Counted from the stretch's first letter, positions 10,821 through 22,234 are shown. The stretch is 64,000 nucleotides of DNA from Alphaproteobacteria bacterium (GCA_964291215.2 OZ219791.1:3040001-3104000); one strand, 5' to 3'. The notes: a model not told the origin generated them from the letters alone. Program-made: numbers and translations.

Positions 10821-11104
10821 GCGTGTCTCCGTTGTCTGTTCCCTCGGGCACCGTCCGTCCCGGGGGAACGGAACGGCGCTCCTGAACGGACAACGCGACC
10901 CGCGCGCGAAACCGCGGCCAGAGGCCGGGCCAGGCCCAACCGTCTGTCACGCAACGGAAAACTGCCGACCGATGCAGGCCGGCCGGGCCTCGCTCTCTGC
11001 ATCAGGGATGCGTCGGGTGTGTGAACCGAGGCCGCCCCGGGCGGTGTGCGCATACGAAAACGGGCCACGCCGGAGCGACGACATGGCCCGTCGAGGTGCT
11101 GCGG

Positions 11105-11203
11105 TCAGGCGGCGCAGCGCTGCACGGAGATGCCGAGCTGGCGCGCTTTGTCGACGAGGTTGTCGGTGATGCCGGAGCCGGGGAAGGCGATGACGCCCTT
11201 GGG
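11105..11203 (-). pseudogene. C-terminal fragment of a DUF2493/SLOG-like protein typical of alphaproteobacterial ICEs
   Basis: Manual translation PKGVIAFPGSGITDNLVDKARQLGISVQRCAA*. Confidence 0.6.
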
Positions 11204-11247
11204 CTTGCTGCGACAGCAGCGTTGCTGGGCGCCTGAAGTACCGGTGA

Positions 11248-11454
11248 GTGAGCGAAGGAGACACCCTCATGGCCCTCACCCCTGCCGAGAGCGCGATCGG
11301 GACTGTATCGACAGTCTCCCTCTACGACACGACTTGGGGAGAATGTCTGCAGATCATCGTCGAGGTCGACATCAAGGAGATCGAACCGCCTTGGGACACC
11401 TGGAACCCGGACGGTCACGTGCCCGGGGACGGCAAGGTAGCCGCGTTCACGTGA
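11248..11454 (+). CDS. Small hypothetical protein
   Basis: AAGGAG before ATG near 11269; protein-like composition (CLQIIVEVDIKEIEPPWDTW). Confidence 0.35.
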   Translation: MSEGDTLMALTPAESAIGTVSTVSLYDTTWGECLQIIVEVDIKEIEPPWDTWNPDGHVPGDGKVAAFT

Positions 11455-11655
11455 CCAATGGACGGCAACCCGCCGCCGGGACCACAAGCTTCATGTCGCC
11501 TCGCTCGCAGAGCAAACCCCACACCGCTTGTGGACAACCACAGAAAACATCACCACAGACACCCGCAAAAACCTTGCCAAGAAACATGGTAACTGCTCAC
11601 CCCCTGGTTCCGGCATGATGTCGGGGTAGAGCAAAGAACGGGTTTTCGTGGAGAT

Positions 11656-11907
11656 TTGACACTGAAGGCCGATTCGTTTAGTGGTGGTCATCGAGAACGA
11701 CGGGGACCGCCAGTGAGCTATTTTGGATCGAAGGCGACGAGCGGGCTGTGCCAGCTGCTTCCGGGGCTCCAGCCTCCGCATGATCTGTATGTGGAAACGC
11801 ATCTCGGAGGCGGCGCGCTGATGAAGCGCAAGGCGGAGTACCGGAAGATGCCGCCGAGCGAGCGCCAGGCGATGCTCGCGACGATCATGACCGTCGAGGC
11901 CGGGTGA
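11656..11907 (+). pseudogene. Internally deleted DNA adenine methyltransferase remnant (IS66 passenger)
   Basis: SYFGSKATSGLCQ..PPHDLYVETHLGGGALMKRK (Dam-like motif I region) fused to the C-terminus; TGATG overlap with the transposase start. Confidence 0.7.
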
Positions 11908-12923
11908 TGGCGACGGGCGGCGCGCGAGGAGTTCGAAGCGGCCAAGGCGCTGCGTGCGGCCGGCAAGGTGCCGAAAGAGGCCGTGATCCGCGTCTTCGTC
12001 ATCCTGCTCGACATCCTCATCGTCGTCCTTCTGGAGAAGACTACGCACGAGCCGGAACTCCGGTCTGCCGCCGTCACAGACGGACAAGAGCGTGCCGGGA
12101 GCAACGGCCCGAAGCCGAACCGGCAGATGGGCGACAACCTGCGCAAGACCATCGTCGAGGAGACGGTCGCGGCCTGCGACGCCTGCGGCGCTGACATCGA
12201 CGGCCCCGTCGATCGGGAGCGCCGCACGACATCGTGTTCGAGGTCGTCGAGCGCCGCGCCGAGGAATGCCCGAAGTGCAAGGCCCGGGGCCGGTTCCCCG
12301 ACAACATCCCGTGCAGTACGGTATCGGCATCCAGGCCCTCGTCATCAACCTGTTGGTCGCCCAGATGCTGTCCCTGCGCCGTGCCGTCGCGCTCGTGCAG
12401 GCGATCTCCCGCATCAAGCTCTCCGAGGCCTCGGCTATGCTTTCACGATGCGTCATGGGAGGAGGCCGCCGTGGCGCACCTCCTGCAACGCCCGATGTCG
12501 ACGATTTCGGATCAACAGTAAGTGGCTTCATGTCGTGGGACCCTGACGTGCAAGTTCCCGCACCGCAAGCGCGGCCGGGAGGCAAGAGATCGGCATCATC
12601 CCGCGCTACAAGGGCGTCCTGGTCCACGACTGCTGGGCCTCGTACATGGGCCAGTGTAGCCACCAGCTGTGCGGCAGCCACCTGCTGCGCGAATTGACCT
12701 TTGTCGTCGAGGCTACCGCGCGACTGATGAAGAGCCTGCTCCCTGCCACAAGATCAACAAGAGCGCATCCAAGACCCTGAACGACGCCGGGCGCTACCGC
12801 ACCATCAGGGCGCCAAGGAACTGCCCGACATCCCGACGAAAGGAAAACGTGGACGCAAGTCCGACGCGCACAACCTGCACGAACGTCTCGTGAAACACGA
12901 GAACCTGCGCTTCACAGACGACC

Positions 12924-14448
12924 ATCGCGGTAGGGAACCGGGTTACCCCCCGCACAGAACCGGACGTGCGCTGTTCGCTCCTCCCCTGACGACAAGGCGC
13001 TGGTTTGGCCACGGATGCTGGCTCAGTGGGCAGCGGCGAGGGTGTCTATGTCCTCGGTGAAGTCCTTTTGGGAGCGTCGCCGAAGGGCACGCAGCTGTTT
13101 GCATTGGTGTATGAACTTCTGCAGGCTGCTTCCTGGAACGGCGTAGTAGCAGCCGTTGATAACTCACCACTTGGCCGTTTCGTGCCGGTTATCGTGCCAC
13201 CGCCTGCGTAAGGCCTCCTTGATCCGCCGCAGGGTGCCCGTTTGCGACCGACCCTGAACCTGCCTTTCCTCGTCTGTTCGCAGAAGTGCGTCATGCCGAG
13301 GAAGTCGAACGTCTTGCCCTGTCCACGTTTCCGGCGGTTCGCTCTGGCAAACCGACCGAACTCGATGATTTTCCGGGTGCAGTTCAAGTGGGCCAGTCTC
13401 TCCCCAAGGTCTCAGCGCCGCCCAGATGCTGAAAGCCGCACACGAAGTCGTCCGCATAGCGGACAATGATCGTGTCAGCCATCCGCTTGCGCCAGTGGTT
13501 CTGGAACCAGTCGTACGTAGTGCAGGTTCGCAAGGCATGGCGCCGCCCCTTGCGGTGTTCCCTTGCCAGTCGGTCCCTTCCATGACGCCGGCGTCACTTG
13601 ATGATCAGACCCCCCGATCCGTTTCCCGAGCATCGCGACCAGATGGTCGCGGTTGTCGAAGGGGCGTCAACGATCCAGTTGACCTTCCGCCGTTCCACCG
13701 TGACGGCGCATGATGCGCCCCGGCCGGAACCGAGGAACTCCGTTTCGCGGCACCAGAATCACACCGCCCGCTGAAGAATCTTGTCCGAGGCAAGTTGCCC
13801 TCCATCCTCCTTGGGTATGTAAACCCTGGAGGCGCCCGGTACGCACCCCTGTGCACACGGGCGTGCAGGCAGTTCCACACCCTCCGCGTACGCTTGCCAC
13901 ACAACGCCCCGCCGCCGCGTCCTTCCTCAAGGAATGGAACGCATCGTGCAGAACGTCGACCATCACGTGGTGGAGTAAAGACGCTCTTCCGGGTTCCTCT
14001 TCGCTACCTGCGTTCAGCCGCCTGTGACCCCCGCTTCTGCGCGCGGCGCGGGCCAACCGCATTGCCCTTCCCTCCAGCAACTCCGCAGGCTCCGAAGAAC
14101 CCTTGTTCGCCGCCTTCAACGGTACTATGGCCGGATCTGACTTCTCGTTCATCATCGGTTTATGGAATAGTTCCTTTCCTCTGCGGCCCCTCCACGACAG
14201 AGGGGCGATTGAAAGACCTCCCAGGTCCCTGCTTCGGCCATGGTTCTCGGACCCCGCGGAGCCCCCCTCACCAACGCGGCTCGTTGCCTTCGGCCACGAC
14301 CTCGGCACTCCGGTTTCAAAGCATCTCGTGGCTCAATAGCCTGGCCTGCCGCTCCCCAACGCTTCGCCTGGCGACGCATGGTTCACGGAGAAATTAGCCT
14401 CTCTCGGGACTTGCACCCGGCCACATTCCACCAGTTTGCCTGGCGCAC
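12924..14448 (-). mobile_element. Group II intron copy B, degenerate RT
   Basis: Same GTGCG...ccgcgAT boundaries and same insertion site as copy A; retains IIVRYADD at about 13449-13472. Confidence 0.9.
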
Positions 14449-14546
14449 CCGATGTCAGCTTCACCAACAATGCCGGAGAACAGAAGATCAGGATGGCAAA
14501 GGTCAAGGTGTCCGGATGCTTCCGCACCATGCTCCACGCGGCATGG

Positions 14547-15837
14547 GGTACTGTAACTTGATGTCTGGAAATTTGTCTGAGGTTTGCGCTTTGAGGCGTT
14601 TCACTGGGGGGCTAGCCCCCCAGTGAAACGCGGCGCCATCGTGCTATCCCATGGAGTTGAAAAACCTTCATGGAGGAAGCGAATGGAGCTGCGACACACT
14701 ACGACGATTGAGGCCGTTTTGGAACATCTGATCGCAAACGGAGCAACGGATCTGGGGCGGGTCTTTGGTCAGCTCTTCGAGCTTGCGATGCAAATCGAGC
14801 GCGAGCAGTACTTGAAAGCGGGCCACTACGAACGGACACTGGAGCGACAGGGCTATGCCAACGGCTATAAGCCCAAACGGATCGACACCCCCGTCGGGAC
14901 TGTTGCCATTCAGGTGCCAAAGACGGCCGGTCACGGGGACGATCCGTTCTATCCCCAGTCGCTTGAACGCGGCCAGCGATCTTCTCGCGCCGTGGCCGTA
15001 GCCGAGATGTACATCAAGGGTGTTTCCACGCGGCAGGATGTAATGCGCGAGTTCGGGAGCCTGTCCTCTTCTCAGGTCAGCCGGGCCACCGAGTTGCTCG
15101 ATGAAGAACTCGCCGCGCAACCGGCCCCTGATGAAATACCTGATCCTGGATGCGCGCTACGAAAAAGCCCGCCATGACGGCGTTGTGCGCGATGTCGCGG
15201 TACTCTCGGCCATTGGAATAGGGGCTGCAGGCACGTTCTGGGGCTCTCTGTGGCGCTCTCCGAGGCCGAGGTCCATTGGAGAGCCTTCCTGGAAAGCTTG
15301 CTAGCCCTGCATGGTACGACCTTCATCGTCTCGGATGACCATGCCGGGTTGAAAGCAGCACGACGCGCGGTGCTGGGCGCGGCGACATGGCAGCGCTGCC
15401 AGTTCCACCTAGCGCAAAACGCCGTGCAGCACGCACCAAACAACGACATCAGGAAACGTATTGGAAAACAGCTCGGAGCCATGCGTCCTCACTCCAAACC
15501 GCCGAGGCTGAACTGGGCGCCCTCGTGGCCAGCTATCGCGACAAGCATCCAAGCTTCGCAGACTGGCTGGAAAAGAATGCGGGGCTCGCTGTCTTCACCT
15601 TGCCCGATGCTCACCGCAAGCGCATGCGAACCTCGAACGGCATCGAGCGACCGATCCAGCAAGAGCTCAAGCGGCGCACCTCCAAAGTCAGGGTCTTTCC
15701 GAACCTCGCCTCGTTGGAGCGCCTCTCAACCGCGGTCCTCATCGACGAAAAATGGGAAACCGAAACCAAGATCAAATGGGAACAGCTCGATGACTGAGAG
15801 CTTCACGACAATTTCCAGACATCAGGTTGCGTAATCC
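14547..15837 (+). mobile_element. IS256-family element, transposase pseudogene
   Basis: IRs ggtactgtaacttgatgtctggaaatt and aatttccagacatcaggttgcgtaatcc; motifs YANGYKPK, EMYIKGVSTR, YLILDARYEK, SDDHAGL, WQRCQFH, RTSNGIER spread over several frames. Confidence 0.9.
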
Positions 15838-16589
15838 GCCTCTGCCGCAATCCCCTGCTGGCCAAGGATCGGAAGCGCCAGGAACTGCTCGAGGCCACCG
15901 AGGCTCGCACCGATTGCCGCAGCGACGCGACAAGCGTCGCCTCAAGGGTGCCGGGAAGATCGGGGAGCGGAAGGTCATCGGCAGGATGGCGAAGCACTTC
16001 ACGTGGTCCATCGACGACGACGGTGTCTTCACCTATGGGCGTGATGAGGCTGCCATCGCCGCCGAGGCTCCTCTACGTGATCCGCCTGCCGCAGAGCGCA
16101 CTCGACGGCACGGTGCGCGCCTACAAGCGGTTGAGTTCGGTGGAACGGGCCTTCCGCAGCCTCAAGGACCTGAAGGTCCGTCCCGTCTACCCGAACCCCG
16201 AGTCCGCGTCTTCCTGTGCATGCTCGCCTACTACATGGCACATGCGACTGAAGCCCATGCTGTTCGACGACGAGGATGCCGAAGGCGGCCGTCCGTCGTG
16301 GCGCCGGCAGAAGTCTCGGCGAGCGCCCGGGCCAAGGCGACAACGAAGAGGACGCCCGGAGGGGGCACAGCTTCCGCACCCTCATCGGCGATCTTGCCAC
16401 CCGCAACACCGTGGCGCCCCGCCTTGCGGGCGCCGAACCCTTCCAGGTCACCACACGGCCCACGCCGCTCCAGAGAAGGGCATTCAAGCTCCTGGGCGTG
16501 AAGCCATGGTGTGCCGAGACCGCTGAAATGTATCGAATGTCATTTCTATCAGATACTTAGGTCTGATCGGCTCTGGAACTTCGGCCTAG
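15838..16589 (+). mobile_element. IS1634-family transposase 3' remnant
   Basis: CRNPLLA, MAKHF, YKRLSSVERAFRSLK, VFLCMLAYY, HSFRTLIGDLAT, TRPTPLQRRAFKLLGV in shifting frames; end ...ggaacttcggcctag. Confidence 0.8.
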
Positions 16590-16693
16590 TGTACCCTGGG
16601 CGTGAAGCCCTGGTGTACCCAGATCGCTGAAATTTATTGAATGTGATTTCTATCAGGCACTTACGTCTGATCGGCTCTGGAACTTCGGCTTAG
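16491..16693 (+). repeat. Diverged tandem duplication of the ~99-bp IS1634 right end
   Basis: 16491-16589 versus 16595-16693: both run cctgggcgtgaagcc...gtctgatcggctctggaacttcggc(c/t)tag. Confidence 0.85.
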
Positions 16694-16694
16694 C

Positions 16695-16900
16695 GCCGTC
16701 ATCGAGGCGGGCGGCGATACTGATACGAACGGCGCGATCACCGGCGCGATTCTGGGCACGCGTCATGGCCTCCCAGGATCCCGGAGCGATAGCATCGCAG
16801 CGCTGCCCGGATCCGGCTCGGCCGGATCGTGATGGAGATCTATGCCGACCAAATGCTCGCACGTGCCGCGGCGAGCGATACAGCAGCGGCAGCGGTCTGA
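16695..16900 (+). pseudogene. ADP-ribosylglycohydrolase C-terminal fragment
   Basis: Manual translation AVIEAGGDTDTNGAITGAILGTRHGLPG then frameshift to IPER* (TAG at the expected Trp); 3' end approximate. Confidence 0.65.
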
Positions 16901-17182
16901 CGAACGCCCCGCCCGAAGGCCGCAGCTTGCCTGGCCGATTGCACACTGGCGGCGGCGTCATCTCCGATTGATCGGTGCCCCTGTGGTCACGCTTCCTCCC
17001 TTTGTTCCCACTCACATCCGCGGCGGAGGCATCGGGTCAAGCTGCGTTTTCCATGGCTGGGCCCTTCGTATCGTTGCGCCGGGTAACGCCGCTTCGTTCG
17101 ATCCTGTGGGTGACCGTGAAGATGCTTGCTGTGTGGAGAACCGGGGATCGAGGCTGCTCGACGAACGATCGACTCGCCATGC

Positions 17183-17209
17183 AAAAAAGGGGGCCCGAAA
17201 GCCCCCTTC
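17183..17209 (-). terminator. Rho-independent terminator of the PuuD-like gene
   Basis: Minus strand aagggggc-tttcgg-gccccctt followed by a T run. Confidence 0.8.
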
Positions 17210-17230
17210 TTGATCGTTCTGTTTGTTCGC

Positions 17231-17836
17231 TCAGAACAGATTCTGTGCCGATACCATGGCGTAGAGCATCGGGATCGAGAGCATCGTGTTGGTGCGAGAG
17301 AACAGCATTGCAGTGCGCCCGGCCTTCGCCTTTTCATCGGCTTCGACCTGAACGATTCCGAGCGCTTTTTTCTGGTTCGGCCAGATCACGAACCAGACGT
17401 TAAACCACATGATCGTCCCCAGCCACATTCCGATGCCGATCATCGAGTGCTTGTCGACGCCGTCCATCAGGCCGATCAGGATTGCCTCGCCGAGATAGCC
17501 GTTCAGCCAGGCAAGAATCAGCCCGGTAACGATTGTGGACATTGCGCCCCAGCGGAACCAGAACAACGCTGCCGGCGCGATCACGCCAGTAACGGCAGGT
17601 TTCTGCTCGTCGGGGATCTTGCCCATGTTCGGGATCTGGACAAAGTTGAAATACCAGAGGAGGCCGATCCACATCACGCCACTGAGGACATGAAGCCATC
17701 TGAAAAGAAAAGCCCACCAGGAGGTATCAAGCGCGAGACCGGCACCATGCCAGATCACGACAATGACGACCAAAACTACCGCGAGCACGAAACCCGCAAT
17801 CACGGTGTTGGTCAGGTCGGAGAGAATTTTGGCCAT
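17231..17836 (-). CDS. PuuD/Urate_ox_N-family membrane protein
   Basis: RWLHVLSGVMWIGLLWYFNFVQ, ALFWFRW, NVWFVIWPNQKK, SRTNTMLSIPML. Confidence 0.8.
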   Translation of the reverse strand: MAKILSDLTNTVIAGFVLAVVLVVIVVIWHGAGLALDTSWWAFLFRWLHVLSGVMWIGLLWYFNFVQIPNMGKIPDEQKPAVTGVIAPAALFWFRWGAMSTIVTGLILAWLNGYLGEAILIGLMDGVDKHSMIGIGMWLGTIMWFNVWFVIWPNQKKALGIVQVEADEKAKAGRTAMLFSRTNTMLSIPMLYAMVSAQNLF

Positions 17837-18570
17837 CGTCAAATTCCTTTCATTGACCTCACTTTGCTACACATAAGCATAATGATCTCCGGCTGCTTCT
17901 TCAATGCCGATGCGAATCGTCTCCTGCTTTTGGGAACCCCACCGATCCGGCAAACGGAGAGTTCGCCGCGGATTCATCGTCGCTGCTCGGACCGGGGGCG
18001 CTCGGCAGGGTTTCTGTTGGCGTCAACTTGCCACAACTCAATCTGCGCGCACGATCCACGATCCAATCGGCGTTGCGAGGCGACAGTTTTCTCATGAAAT
18101 CACCAAGGTAACGCATGGTGCCCGAAGACCTTGGCTGGTTGAGTTGCTGAAGTCTCCTGTCAACGAGGCCCTGGCCGGGTTCAACTCCGCAAAAACTGGC
18201 ACCGAAAGTGCCGATCTGTGAAAACGACGGCATGAAACCGTTGCCTAAGGACCGAATGACGCCATGATTGATGATTGGCAGGACACCTGTCGGAGCCTGA
18301 TCGTCGCGGTTGTCATTCGGGCTCTGTTCAGTCGATGTCGCCGATGTTTGCGGCCAGGATTGTCTTGCGGGGCGGTCGTTGTCGGTCATACATCAGGCTG
18401 CTTGGCGTGGGAAATACCGTCCCAACCTCTTGGTTCGCGCCGAAAACCGCCTGTTTGTACTTGGGTGTTGGCCGAAAGTGGAACAGATGCGCATTGTGAA
18501 GGGTTGCTGATGCATTCGCAAATGAGTGGCCCGCCGTGCGGGAACATGATCTGCAGTAGGGAATCCTGAC

Positions 18571-19407
18571 ATGCGGGATGGCAGGGACTATTGCATGCAG
18601 CGGGTGCGGACCTACGACTACGACCGCTACTTTGCGAGCATATTCGCGCCGCGCGATGTGCGTTCCGACCTGATGGCCCTGTATGCCTTCAATCTGGAAA
18701 TCGCGTCGACGAACGAGTTGGTAAGCGAGGCACTGCTTGGCCAAATCAGGCTGGAATGGTGGCGCGATGCGGTAGCTGCCATCTACGGGGGGCGGACGAT
18801 TCAGCATGTTGTTGTTGCGGAGTTGAACGAGGTCGTGCGGAGGCACGATCTGCCGTTGGCGGAAATGGATGGGCTGATTGCCGCAAGATCGCGGGACTTC
18901 GATGAGTTTCCCATGGAGACGGTTGCCGCGGTCGAAGACTATGCGCGCCACTCTGCGGGGATGCTGGCCGGGCTCGCCTATCGCATATGCTGCGGCAGCG
19001 TTCCACCACCTGAGATCCGGGCGGCCGGCACGGCTTGGGGCCTTGCCGGCCTCTTGCGGGCGGCTTCTTTCAATGCTGTCGCCACTAACTCCGAAAGGCC
19101 GGGAAGCCTGGTGCAGGGCATTGATCCCGCCGGACGGAACACGAACTCCACGACGTTCGGAAGCTTCGCCGACGGTCTGGCCGATGAGATGGCGGAGCGG
19201 GCGCGCCAGACCTTGGCCGTTGCTCGAGACCAGCTGGCAGGGATGGCGCGACCTTCCCGGGCGACAATCGGATACTTGCCCGTGGCCTGGCAATACCTGG
19301 CGCGCCTCGAACGGGCGGGAAACAATATCCTTGCCCCCAATCTGGAACCCAGCCGTACGGCAAGGCAGTTCGGCATGCTGAAGGCCATCGTTATTGGCAG
19401 GCTCTGA
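18571..19407 (+). CDS. Squalene/phytoene synthase-family protein (NDUFAF6-like)
   Basis: DYDRYFASIFAP..ALYAFNLEIA..VSEALLGQIRLEWWRD. Confidence 0.85.
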   Translation: MRDGRDYCMQRVRTYDYDRYFASIFAPRDVRSDLMALYAFNLEIASTNELVSEALLGQIRLEWWRDAVAAIYGGRTIQHVVVAELNEVVRRHDLPLAEMDGLIAARSRDFDEFPMETVAAVEDYARHSAGMLAGLAYRICCGSVPPPEIRAAGTAWGLAGLLRAASFNAVATNSERPGSLVQGIDPAGRNTNSTTFGSFADGLADEMAERARQTLAVARDQLAGMARPSRATIGYLPVAWQYLARLERAGNNILAPNLEPSRTARQFGMLKAIVIGRL

Positions 19408-19759
19408 CGCATCTGTCGGCATCTGGGCCATGGCGGGCCGGCGCCCTGCCCAGGGATCTGTCCGTTTCGGCATGATGAGCCTTGGATTCTGCCCGGCCTT
19501 CGGCAGCTCCCACCGGATCGATGCGAAGCGACGAACTTCGCCATGCCGCGTTCCGTGAAACAGTCCACTCGCGGACTCCGGACCAGCGCTCGCCCCGGGA
19601 TCGTCGGTGCGTGGGCACTCCGGCCAGGCAGAACTCGATACCGCTGAAAATCCCCAAGAGCGGTGAACTCCGCTCTGCCGACAAATCCGATGGCGCCGGA
19701 GATAGGCGATGCGCCCCGTATATTCCAGTGGCGGGCAGGCTACCGGTCTGGACCGGCCC

Positions 19760-20824
19760 TTATCGTGGCACGGGCTCGACGACCATGCGTTCATCGACCA
19801 GGTGTCCGTTCTCGATGACCGTATCGTTGTCGAGCATGACCGTGCAGTCGCGCATCGGCATGTCGTAATGGCCGTTGGTGGTGCGGGTGCCGCCGCCCTG
19901 GCTGTTGGGTCCCGTGGAGAAAAGGAAGTTCCCGGCAAAGGTGCGGGCTGAGGCATAGGTGCGGTCGGGATCATTGCCGTAAAGGGCAATCGCATCCCAG
20001 CGGGCCTGCGGATTGAGGCCCCAGCCGAGGTGTGACAGGTAGTGGCCGTCGAGATCGTCGGGATATGCCTTGTTGTCCTCGAGCCAATGCTCCATAAGCC
20101 GGGCATCCATCCCGCCTGAGATACTCGTTATATGGCCGTTTGCCACTTCGAGACGGATCGTGTCCTGCACATAGCGGTTATATGGCAGGACCACCATGTC
20201 GCCGGGCTGGATGACGACAATGCCGCCTGCCGAACCCTCGTTGGGAAAGGTGTGCACATGACCGCCGCCCCAGTGGTCGAAACGCCCCGGCGCGTCGGCG
20301 AATCCGTACTGGATCATGGTCGGGTATTCGCCACAATCATAGGTCAGGTCCGTGCCGGCCGGACTGATAACTCTCACCGTGTTCGTTGCTTCAAGCCGCT
20401 TTCCCGCGTGGATCACCGCCTCGCGCAGTCCCGGCGGCGCCATCAGCTGCTCAAGATCGTCGGGTGCGTCGACGACCAGCAACACCCGCGTGCCGTCAGC
20501 ACGAACGGTCTTCATCCACTTCGTGAAGAGGGGAATGTGGAGGCAAACCAGCATGTCGGCAGCGCACAGTGCTTCCAGCGTTCCCTTGCAGGCACCGATG
20601 GTCTCGACGCCGACCTTGGTCCAGGATGGCGTTGCGTTGACGCACAACTCGTAGGCGTCGGCACCGAGCTCTGACGCGGCGGCGAAGGAAGCCTGAACGT
20701 ATTCGCGGCGTGTATTGAGGTCGGAAAGAAGCGCGACGGTTTCCCCTTCCGCCACGTTGCAGAGCTCGAATTCCCTGCGAAACAGCGTTGCGAGCTTGGC
20801 CGGGTTGATTTCCTGGCTGCGCAT
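19760..20824 (-). CDS. NicX-like 2,5-dihydroxypyridine dioxygenase family protein
   Basis: YGFADAPGRFDHW, SHLGWGLNPQARW, RTFAGNFLFSTGPN, GHYDMPMR. Confidence 0.7.
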   Translation of the reverse strand: MRSQEINPAKLATLFRREFELCNVAEGETVALLSDLNTRREYVQASFAAASELGADAYELCVNATPSWTKVGVETIGACKGTLEALCAADMLVCLHIPLFTKWMKTVRADGTRVLLVVDAPDDLEQLMAPPGLREAVIHAGKRLEATNTVRVISPAGTDLTYDCGEYPTMIQYGFADAPGRFDHWGGGHVHTFPNEGSAGGIVVIQPGDMVVLPYNRYVQDTIRLEVANGHITSISGGMDARLMEHWLEDNKAYPDDLDGHYLSHLGWGLNPQARWDAIALYGNDPDRTYASARTFAGNFLFSTGPNSQGGGTRTTNGHYDMPMRDCTVMLDNDTVIENGHLVDERMVVEPVPR

Positions 20825-21007
20825 CGGCACCTCCTTCGCGGATTGTCCCGCCGTCGCGGCTGACGCGTTCCGGCCGCCGTCCGGCGGTTTGCGGATTATC
20901 CTGCCGCCGGTTGCGGAGTGTCAAGATCGCGAGCATGGACGCTCGACCCGTCACCGATCGCCGTGGGCCAGCTTTGCGCCGGTGCCCAGTGTTTCAGCGG
21001 CGCCTCA

Positions 21008-22234
21008 GGACTCTCGCCAAAATAATATGTTCGTTATGTCCGTGGCGTGAGGGTGTAGTTCCACTCGCCGTGGAACGGGTCTCTGCGGATGGCGAGGCCG
21101 TCCATCTCATCGTCGCTGACCTTGACCCCGAGCGGATAGCTGTTCTCGTCGAGGTCCGAGCGTATGGTGAGGCCGGTGGTGGTCGCGGCGATCAGCTTGA
21201 CGATCACCTGGTAGCTGACGAGGGGCCGGCCGCGCCAGTTCTGGGTGATATGGCAGAACATCCGGTGCTCGATCTTGTTCCACTTTCCGGGCGGGAAGTG
21301 GGCTACCGACACCTTCAACCCGAGTTCGTCGGCGAGGTGCTGCAGTTCCAGCTTCCACAGCCGGTTGCGGCTGTTGTTGGAGCCACCGCCGTCGGCGGTG
21401 ATCAGCAGGCGCTTGGCATCGGGATAGAGCAGCCGGCCCATCTGCCGCCACCAGCGGCGCAGGGTCTCAACCGCGAACGCCGCCGTGTCGTGTCCGACGC
21501 TGACCCAGCCGGCGTTGGCGGTGAGATCGTAGACCCCGTAGGGGATCCGAGCTCTGGATCGGGGAAGTCATGCGCGTTGACGGCTTCAGGGTCGCCCTTG
21601 GGGCGCCATTCCCGGCCGCCATTGCGGTACTGGATTTCCTTCTTCTTCGTGTCACCACAGGCTGGCCCAGCCTCTGGAACGCGCGCACCCGGCGCGTCGG
21701 AACTGCGCATCCCGGGCTGGCGGCCTTCCAGCGTCTTGCGATTGGCCTGGAGGCTGTACCCCAGATCGTGGAGCAGCCGGTTCACCGTGCGCTCGCTGAC
21801 GCGGTGGCCCTCGACCGCAAGACGGTCCGCCAGCCGTGCGGCACTGTGACACCGCAGCGGACTCTCCGGATCGCCGCGCGTCATCGGTTCAAGCTCGCGC
21901 TCCAGCGCCGCCACCAAACCCGGATCCACATCCGCCACCCGCTTGCGCCCGCCGCCGGGGCGACGCAAACGTCCTGAAGGAATCTCACTCGAAGACTCCG
22001 AATCAAGCTCCTTCAGCCCGGCGCGAACGGTGCCGCGCGACATCCCCGTCGCCTCAGCCACTCGCCTCCGCGCCCGATGGCACGGGCCTCCGTCGCCGCC
22101 CACAGGCGCCGCGCACGTTCGTTCAGAACCGGACGCAACACCACAAATTTGGATCGCAGCGTATCGACTATCGCTTCCATGACACATTAGATAGCAGATC
22201 CACATCAAAAAACAATCTATTTTGGCGAGAATCC
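21008..22234 (-). mobile_element. ISAzo13-family element, transposase pseudogene
   Basis: IRs gga(c/t)tctcgccaaaata; TCA duplicated at 21005-07 and 22235-37; motifs RRPGGGRK, TRGDPESPL, YSLQANRK, ADGGGSN, KWNKIEHRMF, FHGEWNY. Confidence 0.9.

Larger units (their letters stand above)
11589..14545 (+). mobile_element. IS66-family element copy B (inverted relative to copy A), degenerate, right end truncated by IS256
   Basis: IR GTAACTGCTCACCCC at 11589; near-identical reverse complement of about 1255-4161. Confidence 0.85.

Noticed and set aside
8362-10950. 862-aa ORF as a single double-length integrase
   Set aside because: It results from frameshifts: the middle is out-of-frame sequence of the upstream integrase running into the downstream gene.
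1344-14448. RT fragments plus repeats considered as a DGR or retron
   Set aside because: The boundaries, DV/DVI-like end and RT motifs fit a group II intron; copy differences are deletions, not adenine-specific substitutions.
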